This document shows positions 49,641 to 62,348 of a DNA stretch of 64,000 bases, one piece after another. Under the pieces are notes generated by a model. That model did no database searches and was not told the origin of the DNA. It saw only the letters and a program-made list of their open reading frames with translations. Every line of letters begins with the position of its first letter. The first letter of the stretch is position 1. Made by a program: the position numbers and the translations under genes. The stretch is from Leucoraja erinacea. Lineage: Eukaryota. The DNA lies in NCBI RefSeq assembly GCF_028641065.1, contig NC_073404.1, positions 16,554,001 to 16,618,000 of the forward strand. Reading direction: 5' to 3'.

Positions 49641-50748
49641 TGTCTGGTCTTGGCTTACTTGTATTTCACCAATCCATGACTGACTCATTCCATCAGACAT
49701 GGCCCAGCATATCCCAGTAATGATAATTGCTACCTAAGAAGTTGGTCCAACATTCCCATCTCGGGGCAAGTCAGTACGGGCACAAAAATATCTGTTGAAA
49801 TCGGCCTCATCCCAAAAATATAAGCAGAAAATAAATTACATTGCAATGAGAGTAAAGTGAACGTGTCTAGAGTTATTTGAACAAACAATAGAAAATATCA
49901 AGTCTAACTGAGACCCAGTTGAAGCTTAAACATCTAGCGTACGACAGTATGGGTCGTAAATATTTTAGATGTTTTGAAAACGAGTGGGAGAGTAGGCAAC
50001 ACCTCCAAAGGACAGAGGGGTTGACAAACAGTAAACTGATAGTTATTAGAATTTTACAATATCTCAGAATGCCTAACAGGAAGTTACAAAACAGCACACA
50101 AACAGCAATGCATTTTAATCCTTGCTCAGGGAAGTATTTTTAGGAATGAAGCAGTGTGATCGGGTTCCATTCGTGCCATCACGTGCATGCAATTCTCTGT
50201 TCATTGGTTTTGCATAGCAAAAAATGTCACTGTTTCACAGTTCAGTTTGATGAATTAACAGGAGAAGATGATTCATTGCAGTTACTTCAAAATCTGTTCT
50301 GAGAAGTTTTTTTTAGAATCTTGGGGAAATACTTTGGGGAGCTTAAACACGATGAAATATGAGTGTGGAGTGATGGAACAGTATTTTTTGCAAACTCTGT
50401 GTCCTGTGTGTTGTGTCAAAATGCTCTCAAGCCATGTCAGACACAGCATAATCAGTAGACGAGTCAGACTCCCTGTAGTAATGTTGAATAATTGTCTCAG
50501 CTGCAACAGAGCTGAAGGTTTCCCCAATCTGCTCTGTATCAGTGGGAAATGTAGAAAGCTGACTTCCCACAAACCACCATTCAGTTCTTTCAGTTGTCTG
50601 CTGTTGGTTCAGGATAAATAATTTAGATTTGGAGTGGACTTTGCCACTGTTCATTTTGTATAATATGCAGTGCACCAATTGTAATGGATTTAAGTCTGGC
50701 TTTCCTTATAATATTTAAAGGCAGAAGGCATTTTTATTAATAGGATGT

Positions 50749-51257
50749 GTAGGAAAGAACTGCAGCTGTTGATTTAAATCGAAGGTAGACAAAATGCTGG
50801 AGTAACTCAGCGGGACAGGCAGCATCTCTGGAGAGGAGGAATGGTTGACGTTTCGGGTCAAGACCCTTCTTCAGACTGATGTCAGGGGAGGAGGCGGGAC
50901 AAATATAGAATGTAGTCGGAGACAGTAAGACCAGTGGGAGAACTGGGAAGGGGAGGGGATGGAGAGAGAAAGCAAGGGCGATCTGAAGTTAGAGAAGTCA
51001 ATGTTCATACCGCTGGGGTGTAAACTACCCAAACAAAATATGAAGTGCTGTTCCTTGAATTTGCGCTGGGCCTCACTCTGACAATGGAGGAGACCCAGGA
51101 CAGAAAGGTCAGAGGGGGAGTTGAAGTGCTGAGCCACCGGGAGATCAGGTAGGTTAAGACGAATTGAGCGGAGGTGTTCGACCTGAAACGTCACCCATTC
51201 CTTCTCTCCAGAGGTGCTATCTGTCCCGCTGAGTTACTCCAGCTTTTTGTGTCTACC
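50749..51257 (-). mobile_element. Penelope-like element 3' end with GIY-YIG endonuclease C-terminus and an inverted terminal segment
   Basis: ORF 50871-51194 EHLRSIRLNLPDLPVAQHFNS...EQHFIFCLGSLHPSGMNIDFSNFR; inverted copy of the terminal repeat at ~51180-51257; flanks TTTTATTAATAGGATGT (50732-50748) and TTTTATTTATAGAATGT (51258-51274). Confidence 0.9.
50844..50878 (-). ncRNA. Minimal type I hammerhead ribozyme motif (Penelope-associated)
   Basis: Minus strand CAGT-CTGAAGA-A-GGGTC-TT-GACCC-GAAA-CGTC: CUGANGA box, 5-bp stem II, GAAA, palindromic ACGU in place of helix III, GUC cleavage triplet. Stem I is weak, so activity is uncertain. Confidence 0.6.
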
Positions 51258-51480
51258 TTTTATTTATAGAATGTTGTGCAACGACATTTGTCAATCTTTA
51301 CAAAATTAGTTTTTTTCTGATAGTGCTGAAATGCTCCTACATATTAATATTGGTTTGAACTGCCCAACACTGATGCACGAGATAATAATTGTTTTAGAAA
51401 AATGTTGGGAAAGAAACCAGTCCTAAATTGTATCTTTTCTTTCTTTTGTTCTTTGCAGGAAGCTTTAAAATACTCCCACC

Positions 51481-51517
51481 ATGACCGACTCCAAGTATTT
51501 CACAACAAATAAAAAAG
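51481..51517 (+). CDS. AP2B1: AP2B1 first coding exon (exon starts at 51459)
   Basis: Acceptor TTTTGTTCTTTGCAG|G; Kozak-like CCACCATG; MTDSKYFTTNKK(G), then G|GTGGGT. TTNKK distinguishes beta-2 from beta-1 adaptin (TTTKK). Confidence 0.95.
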
Positions 51518-53311
51518 GTGGGTTTTCCTGTATGTACCTCCCTGGTGGTTTATTGTGAGCGACACATGCAATGTGGTGAAATGCCAGCACACATTGGTAA
51601 CGGCTGTTATTAAGTTATGAAGTAGCCATATGCAATGTGTGTATGTGCAGCACCATGGAGAGCTGAGGTGCAGGTTATTGGTATGATTCTCAGGGCAATC
51701 CGTTTCCATATCAACCAGACAATTAGTGAGGCGTAAGGGAATTGTAGAGTCGATGGAATTGACTTTCAAACTATTCAGGGTTGAGTGAGGAGAAAGAAGC
51801 AGAGCTAAAGGATGAGTTTCTGTCTTTGAAGTTATAAATGTTATAACAGTGAATATGTAAAGATTTAGGGTAGGGAGCATTTTTTGGGGAAGTCCATATC
51901 TCGAGCATGGGTTTAGATCAATTATTCAATGGATTTGGATTCTAATGCATAGAGATAACATTTGTTTTCCAAATTTCAACGATGAAAATTGAGTCATGTT
52001 GAATGATATATTAAGGTGTTCATTGCCAATTATATTCTTTGCAGTGGCCTGGAACTTTATGATGATTAACTATAGTCTCAAGTTTTATTTAAACTATATT
52101 ACCCCAGAGGTGCTTTTACAACTTTATCATGAGGGCTTTAGGAAACCGGTTTCTCAATATCATTGGGCTCTGGCTTTGTTTTTATGATACTGAATATTTA
52201 TTAATACAATATCAGCGTCATTAGTATACAACAGGAAAGGATTCACAGTATTAGTTTTCTGATTGAAAAGGAAATATGCCATGGTGTCGGGTATCATGTT
52301 TGACCTTTGAGGAAGTTGATGGTGCTCAATTACAAATCAATATTCGACTTCCCGCAATGCATTTCAGGGAATGAATGTCTTCCTTCAGAGGACTTAACCT
52401 ATTAATGACATTGAATTGTGTGACCATTGTTAGTTCCCCACTACTACATTTCTGAGCGTTACCATTGAACATAAATACTATGCCCGCAAGAGCAAGCCAG
52501 AGTCTGGGAATTTGTGCCATATCTTGCCATATTGCTCTCGAAAGGATTTCCACTGTGTGTGTAACATAGGTCCAGAATAAAATGAAATACTGTGCACCTC
52601 CCTGGTTAGTGCAGCACTGACATCACTCGATGTGCAACACCTCAGTGACAAGGCAGCTCACGATTGGTACCCAGTCCATCACCCCAAAACATACATTGTC
52701 TCCCATCACAGATGCACTGTATCCACTATCCACATATGTACAATATCCACTGCAGTTCCTTGTCAAGGGTATTTAGACAGCACCATGTAAACCACTGTCC
52801 CTTCCTTCCAAGAAAGACAAAGCAGCATCACGATGCGTATGCCAGCAGCTGCAATTTCCCCCCTAAAAGTTCCTTCATCAAATCTTGGTAAACATGAGCT
52901 ATCTACCCAAGGCACTATGGGAGAAGCTTTACCAAAAGGCCCTAAATAATTCTAAAATGTAACATTCTGCTCACTTTGAGGAGAATTAGTGAATGTCAAT
53001 AAATGTTGTCCCTTTGTGGATGCCCTCACCCTGCAAGTTAATAAAAAAAATTACAAATGGACTTTGGAGAGGAGTGTAATTTAAGACCAAGGTTTCAGCT
53101 CAATATCTGCTCAAGGACTGCTGCTCTATATTATTGGGGTTGGTTTGACAATGCGACAAAGCTTGGCTGTGAAATTGCATAATAATTAGTGTATCATCTC
53201 TTTGACAGTCGTTTCTAGGTGTTGCTCAAGAGGCTAAGAAAGAAAATAAAAAGCCTCTTCTTACTGTGATTAAGAGGTTCGTAAAAAGCTTCTTTCCAAG
53301 AACCATCAATT

Positions 53312-53606
53312 GCCTGTCCCACTTGCGCAACCTTTACAGGTGACTGCCAGCACCCGTGATAGGTCGCTGATATTTTCAACATGTTGAAAATTCAGCGGTG
53401 ACCAGAAAGACGCTATGACTATTTGGAGACCTCACACGACCATAGGAGGCCTCTCACGACCATGCAGGCGACCCCTGGCGACATGTCGCATGTGACCTCT
53501 CATGACCATACATGGTCGTGAGAGGTCTTCAAGGAATCGTAGCGTCTTTCTGGTCGCGCTGAATTTCCAATTGCCTGCAAAGGTCGCGAAAGTGGGACAG
53601 TCCCTT
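53312..53606. mobile_element. Palindromic MITE (Harbinger-like?) nested in a LINE 3' end
   Basis: Termini CTGTCCCACTT / AAGTGGGACAG; internal arms AATTCAGCG..GACCAGAAAGACGCTA / TAGCGTCTTTCTGGTC..CGCTGAATT; internal CCTCTCACGACCAT repeats. It interrupts SFFPRTI|RLLN of a Rex-like tail. Confidence 0.75.
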
Positions 53607-53874
53607 CAGGCTGTTGAACATGACACAACACTAACTGATGAACGATAGAATATCTTGGGTTGCATTAAGAACTTTGGGCTTTTTTTGCACTATTGCTGGA
53701 GTTCTTCATTTATTTAAATGTTTTCTATGTGTTTTCTATGTGTATTGTGTTACACAAGCCTGTGATGGTGCTGTAAGTAAGAATTTAATTGTTCCGTCGT
53801 CATGCATATGATATTCTTGACTAAGCTATGATGTTAGCTGCTCTGCATAATTCCTTTTATCTTCAATGTTGCAG

Positions 53875-53980
53875 GCGAGATATTCGAGTTGAAGGCTGAG
53901 CTTAATAATGAGAAGAAGGAGAAAAGAAAGGAAGCAGTAAAGAAAGTTATTGCTGCTATGACTGTTGGCAAAGATGTGAG
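53875..53980 (+). CDS. AP2B1: AP2B1 coding exon 2
   Basis: GCAG|GC...AG|GTGAGG; 106 nt; (G)[34 protein letters not shown](S). Confidence 0.97.
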
Positions 53981-54489
53981 GTGAGGACATAGGAAAATAT
54001 GGAGTCTTCAATGCACAGTTTTTTTGGGTTCTCTGAAAAAAATATTCTAACTGGGATGAAGACATGTTAGATAAGTTATGCATTTCCTTATTTAATTTTT
54101 TTTTTTGAATCGGAATAGAAAGTGAGGAGAGAGGAAATTATGTAATTTGATTGTCAGGTTGATAGTCACTTCCTGTTCTACCAGCAGCCTTCCCTTCAGC
54201 TTTAATCTGAATATTTGCACGGCTTATTCCACGGCAAAAGTCTGGGAGTTGTTTCTAAATTTCGGTGTCAATTTGAGTGTACAGCTAATTCATTGCAGTG
54301 TGTTCATGCTGCTAAATTATTTGTAAAAATTCTGAATTAAATTTCATTTTGCAGTCTCACCTTGCAGCAAGGGTCTGTTCATGCATACCTCGATTGGCAA
54401 GGTTTACAGGGAGATGGCCCCAAAACAGGCAAATGGGATTAACTCAGTTATAAAAGCTGGCCAGCAAGGATAAGTTGGGCCGAGGAGCC

Positions 54490-55005
54490 TATTTCAGTGT
54501 TCTGTTATCCAATGTCTGCTGCCCAAGGTACCAGCCTGCCCAGACATGGTCGTACTAGAGACAAAGGGCTGGATGATCCTCTGCACTTGTAAGGTGTGCT
54601 GGAGACTGAGTAAGCTCCAAGCTGTGAGTAGGTTTTGCGTGGTGTACCATTGAGGCCTCTCTCTGCAATACCCTAACATCTTTTGACAATTTGCCAGCCA
54701 AAAGCTTTTGAACTGTATTTAATTGCTTCCGATTGTCAGAGACTTCAGGAGATCCTGAGGATACTGTCCCATGCCTTACCATTTTCAGTTGCTTCATCAA
54801 TAACCTTCTTCAGACATAAGGTCAGAAGTAGGGATGTTTATTGCTGATAATGCAATGATCAACAACCCCTTGGATAATGAAGGAGTCCACAACCAAATGC
54901 AACAAGACCTGGGCTGATGGGTGACAAGTAACATTTGTCAAGCAATAATTATATCCAACAAGAGAAAATCCAGCTATCACTCCCTGACATTAAATGGCAT
55001 TACCA
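54490..55005 (+). mobile_element. Old CR1/L2-clade RT relic
   Basis: Decayed VP.DTVPCLTIFSCFINNL..DIRSEVGMFIADN (YADD-equivalent region). Confidence 0.55.
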
Positions 55006-57109
55006 AACTGTGACACCTAGTCTTGGTCATGAATGCAATTTGCAGAAAAATATTTTCTCTTATCTCAGTATACATTTTTCTTCATTGCAAGGAGGTGGGC
55101 ATATTTATTAAATATTGTAAGGAGGTCCATATTTATTGTCAACCCCAGTTGCCTTAAGATGTGGTGGACAGGTTGCAGTGATTTGATACAATTGAAAGGG
55201 TCACTAGGTCAATTCAAAGCATGATGGAGAGTCATGGAAAATATGGGGCCGGAGCAGATGCTACTGCTTAATGGTGAATGGCTTCATTGCTTAAAGAATA
55301 ATAATGAACCTTTGGGGATTTAAGGACCACCTGAGAGCTCATGGCCGCTGAAGGATGTCAGCTGCTTTTTTACAGAATGTATTTTTACAAACTGTTTTTA
55401 AATTTGCCAGATTGATAATCAGCAAAATTCGCCAAACTGTATGTAACTGTATAATAGAAAATAAAATCCATGTTCTTCTTTGTATGGAAGAAGGAATTTG
55501 CTTTGTGGTTTTGTATCACATGACAGGAAATATTTTGGATGCCTGTGGCCCCACTCAATTTGTAATAACTGCCCAGGAGGGTCAGGGTGTGTGTTGTAAA
55601 ATAGAATTGCTTGCTGGAACAACTAAATACTTGGTTCCTGCCAGGTTGTGTGAAGGTGCATAGATGCTGCAGCATGTAGCAAATTTGCTGTTTTATTTGC
55701 ATCATTAATCGTGTGGATTGCCAAGTTAAAGTCATGTCAGCGCCCTCATTGAGGTGAAAAGAAAGGGTCCCACGGTGAGGAAGTTCACGTGCTCGACACT
55801 GGTGGCTGGTGAATAGTTTATTGTAGATGTAATGTTGTAATTGGTTTTCAAACTAAGATTACAAAATACTTTTTACATGCCTAGATACAATTTAAGCAAG
55901 TAAAATTCACTTCTGCTAGGGTACTTCAAGGGAAGAAGAACATAAGAATATAAAAAATAGGAGTCGTCTTTGACCCATCAAGCCTGCGGTACTATTCATC
56001 GAGATAATATTGGTCTGCTCTATTATTCTCATATTTCTTGATTTCCTTAACAACCAGAAATCTATCAACTATTTTGAATGATTTCAATGATGGAGCCTCT
56101 GTACATCTCTGGAGAATTCCAAAGGCACTCTACTTTCTGAGTGGAGAAATTTCACATCTCAGCTCTAAGCGGCATTCCCCTAATTCTGAGAATCTTACCC
56201 TGGGTTTTGTACTCTCCAACCTCCTCAGCTGCCACCTTTTCACCCCTAATTCTGAGAATGCTGAAATAGTGGCCCTGGGTTTTTTTGCAAAAGTACTCTC
56301 TTTTAATGATAGAAGGAAAAACGTTCTCCTCGATTACTGTCTACCCTGCCAACCTCCGTTTCACAATTCGGAGGGTTTGCCTGACCGTAGCACGAACAGT
56401 CCGGGCAGGGGTGAAGATCATGATTTTGGCAGTGAGTTGCCTTGGGCAGGGGGGTGAGGGAGTTCCCATATTAAGCACTACTCTTGAGCCTTCTTGTCCT
56501 GGCTAATTCCCAAACCAGATGGTAATGTTCCCGGACAAGATGCTTTCCACCCCACTGCGTAGAAGCTACTGGAGGATAGGACACTCATTTCTTGCCTGAG
56601 GTGGTCTGTGCCCTTCACTTCCTCAGAGATGTGGACCAGATATTTAAAACAGTTCAATCCACAGATCCCCTCTCAATGGAGTGTACGTCCTCGGAGACTA
56701 AAGCTTTCAGCTCCTTATTGATGTTGCAGCTGCCTGGCACCGGCTGCTAATCAGCCACCTTCCCGGTAGGCAGGGCACATATCGCAAACAGAATTTGAAC
56801 CTAGCCACACTATGTTTGAGGGAGTACAATACTGAGGACATGGCTCTGGCTCTGGGCACATATTAAGTTCTGCATTGAGATGGACCCACTCATTACATAG
56901 AAGCCTTGGATCGCCCTTCACTTGACCTGCAGGGCTTTAGTATTCAGGCCTTTAGAATTTTCAATATATTTGTAAGCTATTTTACATTCTGCATGACTGG
57001 CTCATTACATATAGAACAGGGCTACATTATTTTCATTATTTTAATTCCAGACTCATTAATAGAACTGGTGCATGTCCAATAACATTAATATCCACAAAGA
57101 TCAACACTA

Positions 57110-57250
57110 CTAGGGGCTAATGGAATCAAGGGATATGGGGAGAAGGCAGGCACGGGTTATTGATTGGGGACGATCAGCCATGGTCACAATGAATGGCGGT
57201 TCTGGCTCGAAGGGCCAAATGGCCTCCTGCACCTATTTTCTATGTTTCTA
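57110..57250 (+). mobile_element. CR1 3' end fragment
   Basis: GGGATATGGGGAGAAGGCAGG...GAAGGGCCAAATGGCCTCCTGCACCTATTTTCTATGTTTCTA. Confidence 0.8.
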
Positions 57251-57457
57251 GGTTCAATAAATTCACAACATGAATTGCAGGTGAATATTTACAGCAGCAT
57301 AAGTCTTGCACCCTCATATCTTGGCCTTCCACAGATTCACATGAAAGTTACATAAACACATTTTGGCCAGACAAAATATTACGTTCTTTTTTATTTTAAG
57401 CAAGGCAAAACCATTTGGTTTGCATCAGTAATTTGTTTTCTGTTGTGTTTTGTGTAG

Positions 57458-57593
57458 TTCGCTCTTCCCAGACGTGGTGAACTGCATGCAGACGGACAAC
57501 TTGGAGCTGAAGAAACTTGTTTATCTCTACCTCATGAACTATGCTAAGAATCAGCCTGACATGGCCATCATGGCAGTGAATAGCTTTGTCAAG
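57458..57593 (+). CDS. AP2B1: AP2B1 coding exon 3
   Basis: TGTGTAG|T...AAG|GTATAG; 136 nt; [45 protein letters not shown]. Confidence 0.97.
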
Positions 57594-58749
57594 GTATAGT
57601 CATAAATCCTAAAAGATATTGTGCATAAAGATCTTTTCCGGATAGCACAAAGTAAGATGAATCAGAAGACGCATCTATTTCAGGATTAGATTAAAGAGTG
57701 GCATTGCGGTTAGTTTTAGCCTTCCTGTCTTAAGGATAGGATGGATGAATCGGTGTACGAACAATAAACTACTATCCACTGATGTTTTCTGGTTCGGAAA
57801 TACAACTCTCTGGATATCTGGTGAAGCCTTTATTGGGCTTTATAGCTATTTGTGGCTTGAAGTCACCATAATTTGTATTATTCAGATGATGTGGTAATAT
57901 GTTTTACAGATACTTATAATCTGACCCAAGATATCTTCTATTTGCTGATCTCAGTGCCAGAGAAACATTTTGTTAGTCCTCATCCTGCTCTTTGCTGAAC
58001 TCGTGTATTGCCTTTCCCCTCTCTAGTCCTGTTAGTGACTGTATCATAATACTCAATTTTATGTTTTTTGACTTCGGTTTCATAATGTGAGACAAATATC
58101 ATTACACTGATGACAACAAAGCCCTGACAGACCTGGTACTGAAATATATTCATGGCAACAATATGAGGTTCCACACTTATTGGAGTGCTTCTGTGCCAAA
58201 GTTTGCTGAAGAGAACCATCCAAATGTTTCAAATGAATGTAACAGATGTAAGCAAGGGAAGAATAATCTGTGCCACCCTCTATCATTAAGTGAGATGATA
58301 GCTGAAATTCTGCACTAACTCCAATCTCCTGCATTATCCCTATATCTGTTTCCCTTAGTTCCCAGAAAACTACCACAATCAGCAATGGAATATATCAGCA
58401 ATATGTCCATAGCATCTGTAGAAAATGTCAATGTTTCATACCCTCTAAATAAAGAAATAGTTTTATCCTCATCCAAATTAGTATAAGATGTAAGATGTAG
58501 GATCTGCAAACATTACCATGCATGGGGCAGGATAGGTCTGGCAGGATGTGTGAATGGGTAGTTTGTGAGATGGCGTGATCTTTCCACCACTTATGAGGGA
58601 CGTCTACATGCAGCTGTTGCATGAACGTGAGATTCTTGAAACTATCTTAAATGCTCTCTCTTTATTTAAATGGTCATGGGCTGGAAATTCTCAGAAATCA
58701 TTTTGAATGTTGTATTTATTCTAGGAGGTTTGTGCATATCCTGAATTCT

Positions 58750-59600
58750 ATCCTTCTGTCAGACTGGGTAATCTTGTCCCATTATAGGGCTCGAATAGTA
58801 TCTGCTGTGGGAGTCTAGTCTTAAGTGTCTGAAAATTGTGGCCTGCCCAACATAACTGACAGTACAACGGGAGCCCCATTGCTGGGGATGTTACCCTGCA
58901 AGATTTGCTTGGCCTTCCAGTGAAATCAGAAGATTTTGTGGAGACCGCAAGGCCTTCCAGTGCCTTGATGTTTCTTTTGAGGATCATATCCCTACATGGA
59001 TGGAATCTGCACAGCGACTTGGTAGCAGTCCAAACGTGGACCGTGTAATTGTGGATTTGTGATTGAAGTCCTTCACTGACAAATTTCAAAGCTATTTTCC
59101 TGAGGCCTTGATACTTGTACTTGAGTTATAGCTTTTTAAACTAATTGTGGGGTGAGTTGTGGCAACAAGACTAAGTTGGAAATGCCCATGTGGAATGGAG
59201 TGAAGGATACTCTCACCAAGGACTTCAATTGAGCTGGTCTTGAAAGTGGCCCCTCCAGACTGCTGCGCTGTTCCTAATGAGTTCACCTCCATCCTCCGCA
59301 TTCATTAGGCGAGACCTTCAGTATTTGTGCCGTTAGGTGCCTGCAGAGCTGTTTCCATTCTTCTGATAAATTGCAGAGCTTTGAATCCAGGAGAGCCATG
59401 TGCTTGAAGTAAATTATCCTCGATCTTCTGATTATACTCATCAACCAGTTCCCGGTTCTTCTTGATGGAGAAGTTAAGAGTATTTTTGCATTTCACAGCT
59501 TTGTTGGAGGTTAGGGCAGCCCATGTGGTGAACACTTTGTGGTTACTGTAAATTAGAGGTTGATAGATTGTCTGAGGCACTGTCTGAAAAGGATAATCTT
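58750..59600 (-). mobile_element. Old RTE/BovB-like LINE relic
   Basis: Minus-strand pieces QLCWAGH..TRLPQQILF and NQKIEDNL, resembling the RTE ORF; heavily decayed. Confidence 0.5.
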
Positions 59601-60339
59601 TGATGGGGTCATTCAGAGTTTCACCATTGATCTTCTAGCAGCAGCTCTGACGCTTTGCTGCAGTTGCTGAAGATAATAAGTGGATCAGGCAGCTAGCAAC
59701 TAGTCCAGCAGTTGTCATTACCTGACATGGCATGAGTGATGAGGACACCATCATGGTCCCACGCTCAGATAATGAGTAATTTAACAGGTACTGGGACTTG
59801 GCCTAAGGCTGTTATTATGGCATCTTCTGGGAAACACAATGTAGATTATGATAAACAGCTTTTCAAGAGAAATATTCCTTTGGAGTTGCCCTTTGCTCTT
59901 ACTTGCAGAGGATTGTGTCCCTTCCCAATCTTGCATGCACTCGTATTTTTCCAATAATGTGGCAATTAAAACTCAAGACAAATACTAAAATAATGCATAT
60001 TACTAATTGCATACTCTTGTGGTATAGTCTTGCAGTTCCTTTATTCTTTGCTTTGGCGTAGAAAGGAACACACCCTGCATGCCTTTTTTTTAAAAATCCG
60101 GTTATGCCCCTGTTCTGATGCCTTTATGGTCCATTCGCAAGCACTTGGGTCCTTTGATTTCTCCATTCTTCTCCAAACCCTGCAATATCTTTCTTGTGCA
60201 TCTGCTGATGCAGTAATTAGCTTGCTCTTCCCTGGATTAAATTCCACTTACCTATTTCAGCACTGAAATATTTTTCCCATTGGGACCATGTGAATTCGCA
60301 GTACAGCAATCTCTTAGTACCAGGCATCACCTTCGTTTA

Positions 60340-60640
60340 CTAGCACATTATGTAATTTCCCCACTGTCTCTTTCACCATTTCCAGCCTTCCCTCTCCCAC
60401 CCAACTACATCTGCCAATCAACCCTTCCGCATTGTTTACCAGCTTTTGCCCGACCCAGTCCCTTTACCTCTTCATAGTGGCTATTTCCCCTTTGCTCTTT
60501 CAGTCCAGATGAAGGATCCTGGCCTGAAATGTTGACTGTCCCCTTCTCGCCATAGATGCTGCTTGGACTGCCGAGTTCCTACAGCAGATTGTTTGTTACT
60601 CCAGATTCCAGCACCTGCAGTCTCTTTGATTTCCATGTCT
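60340..60640 (+). mobile_element. Old Penelope terminal-repeat relic with a decayed hammerhead
   Basis: CAGTC-CAGATGA-AGGATCCTGGCCT-GAAAT-GTT-GACTG (60501-60538), then CCATAGATGCTGC...CTGCAG. Confidence 0.65.
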
Positions 60641-60669
60641 TTATTAATAAATATAATAAAAAATAAAGG

Positions 60670-61110
60670 ATCGAGTATGATGCCTTTGGAACCACACTGG
60701 GGAAAAGGTTCTTAATCATAATGCTCTATTCCCTGCCATTGAGTCCAAAGATAATCCAATTTGCCACTCCTTCTGACCCTATGGCCATTTTTCTGACCAA
60801 GTTGCCATGTAGAACTTTGTCAAAAGCTTTGCTGATATCTTTATTGATGCTGCATTAATCACCCCTCTTCAATAATTCCTCAGAATGTTTGTTCTAATTA
60901 GTCAGACATGACTTTCCGTAACCAAATGCTTCTTTCTAAGTGAAGGTTGATACTGTCTCTCAGAATCGATCCCAGTAACTTTTCCACCATCGAGGTTAAA
61001 CTAACTGATTCATAATTACCTGGTTGATCTCTTGTTCCATTTTAAACAATGGTATAACCTTAGCAATTCTCTGTGTCTCTGATACCACTCCTGTGGCCAG
61101 AGATGATTGA
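60670..61110 (-). mobile_element. Old CR1 RT fragment
   Basis: Reverse reads DISKAFDKVLHGNL and SGSKG-like RT motifs. Confidence 0.6.
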
Positions 61111-62102
61111 AAATTGTCCCGTTGAGGTACTCCAGCTTTTTGTGGCTATCTTTGGTTTAAACCAGCATCTGCAGTTCCCTCCTACATTACCCTGTACAGT
61201 GTCAATGCAAACATTGATGTGAATATCTTCCTCGACAGAAATGAACAAGTCTCTTATTGAAGAAGTTAATTTGTAGGTATGGGAATTGTGAATGAGCTCA
61301 AATATAATTGAAGTCTCGGGGATTTGATAGTGCCTTGCCAGGTATAGGTAGCATTTCTGGGAGCCAGGCTTATCTTTAATAAAGCAGGAAACAGGATTTA
61401 AGGTTCAAGACCCTTCATATGAACGCTCTTTGCACAGATGTTGCCATTTTTGCTTTTTACTTTGTATTTCCAGCAGTTGCAATTTTTAAATCTTCATGTT
61501 CACCTATTTTTGATTATGATAAAGTTGCCTCTGTCTCTTGACTAAAAGGTTGCTGTGAAATGAGTAGTCCTTCTGTTAATTCAATAATTAATCAGTAATG
61601 GGGCTGGGGGGATTCACATTGGCAAGGAAGCAGCTGTGCCGAGATTGCAGCAGTCTCAGCACAGCAGCAGCACTGCTATTAGTCGTCGTATAATTGGGCT
61701 TGTGGAACTTGCTTTCAATGCTATTAAAATGAAATAAAAATAAAAATCTGGCAACCGCTAGCAGATCGGGCATCAGCCGTGGTGAGAGAAAAAAAACAAA
61801 GTGTAAGATTAGTGCATTTGATGATATGTAAGCGTTCCAATGTGAGTTTTTTTTGTCTGAAACATGTACACATTTTCTGTCTCCATATGCTATTGACCTG
61901 ATGAGTGTGTTCAGCATTTTTTGTGTAATTCAGATTTCCACCAGCGCCTGGATTTTGCCTTCAGGTCACTAAAATGAATATGTTGCTTTCCTTATGTGCA
62001 TTTCACAATAAAAGTGCTCATTCATTTTTCATAATTTGTGATGTTCTCAAATTGACACATCATGCTAATTTTGATCTTGATTCGTATGTCCTGTCCTTGC
62101 AG

Positions 62103-62348
62103 GATTGTGAAGACCCAAATCCTTTGATCAGAGCTCTGGCTGTCCGTACAATGGGTTGCATCCGTGTCGACAAAATAACCGAGTATCTGTGTGAGCCTCT
62201 TCGTAAGTGTCTGAAAGATGAAGACCCATACGTTCGTAAAACAGCAGCAGTCTGCGTGGCCAAACTGCATGACATCAACGCCCAAATGGTAGAGGATCAG
62301 GGCTTCCTGGATTCTCTACGTGACCTGATTGCTGACTCAAACCCCATG
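62103..62348 (+). CDS. AP2B1: AP2B1 coding exon 4 (gene continues beyond the window)
   Basis: CCTTGCAG|GAT...ATG|GTATGA; 246 nt; [82 protein letters not shown]. Confidence 0.98.

Noticed and set aside
62103-62348. AP1B1 as the identity of the adaptin gene
   Set aside because: [22 protein letters not shown] and [20 protein letters not shown] are beta-2 signatures, and adjacency to PEX12 matches AP2B1.
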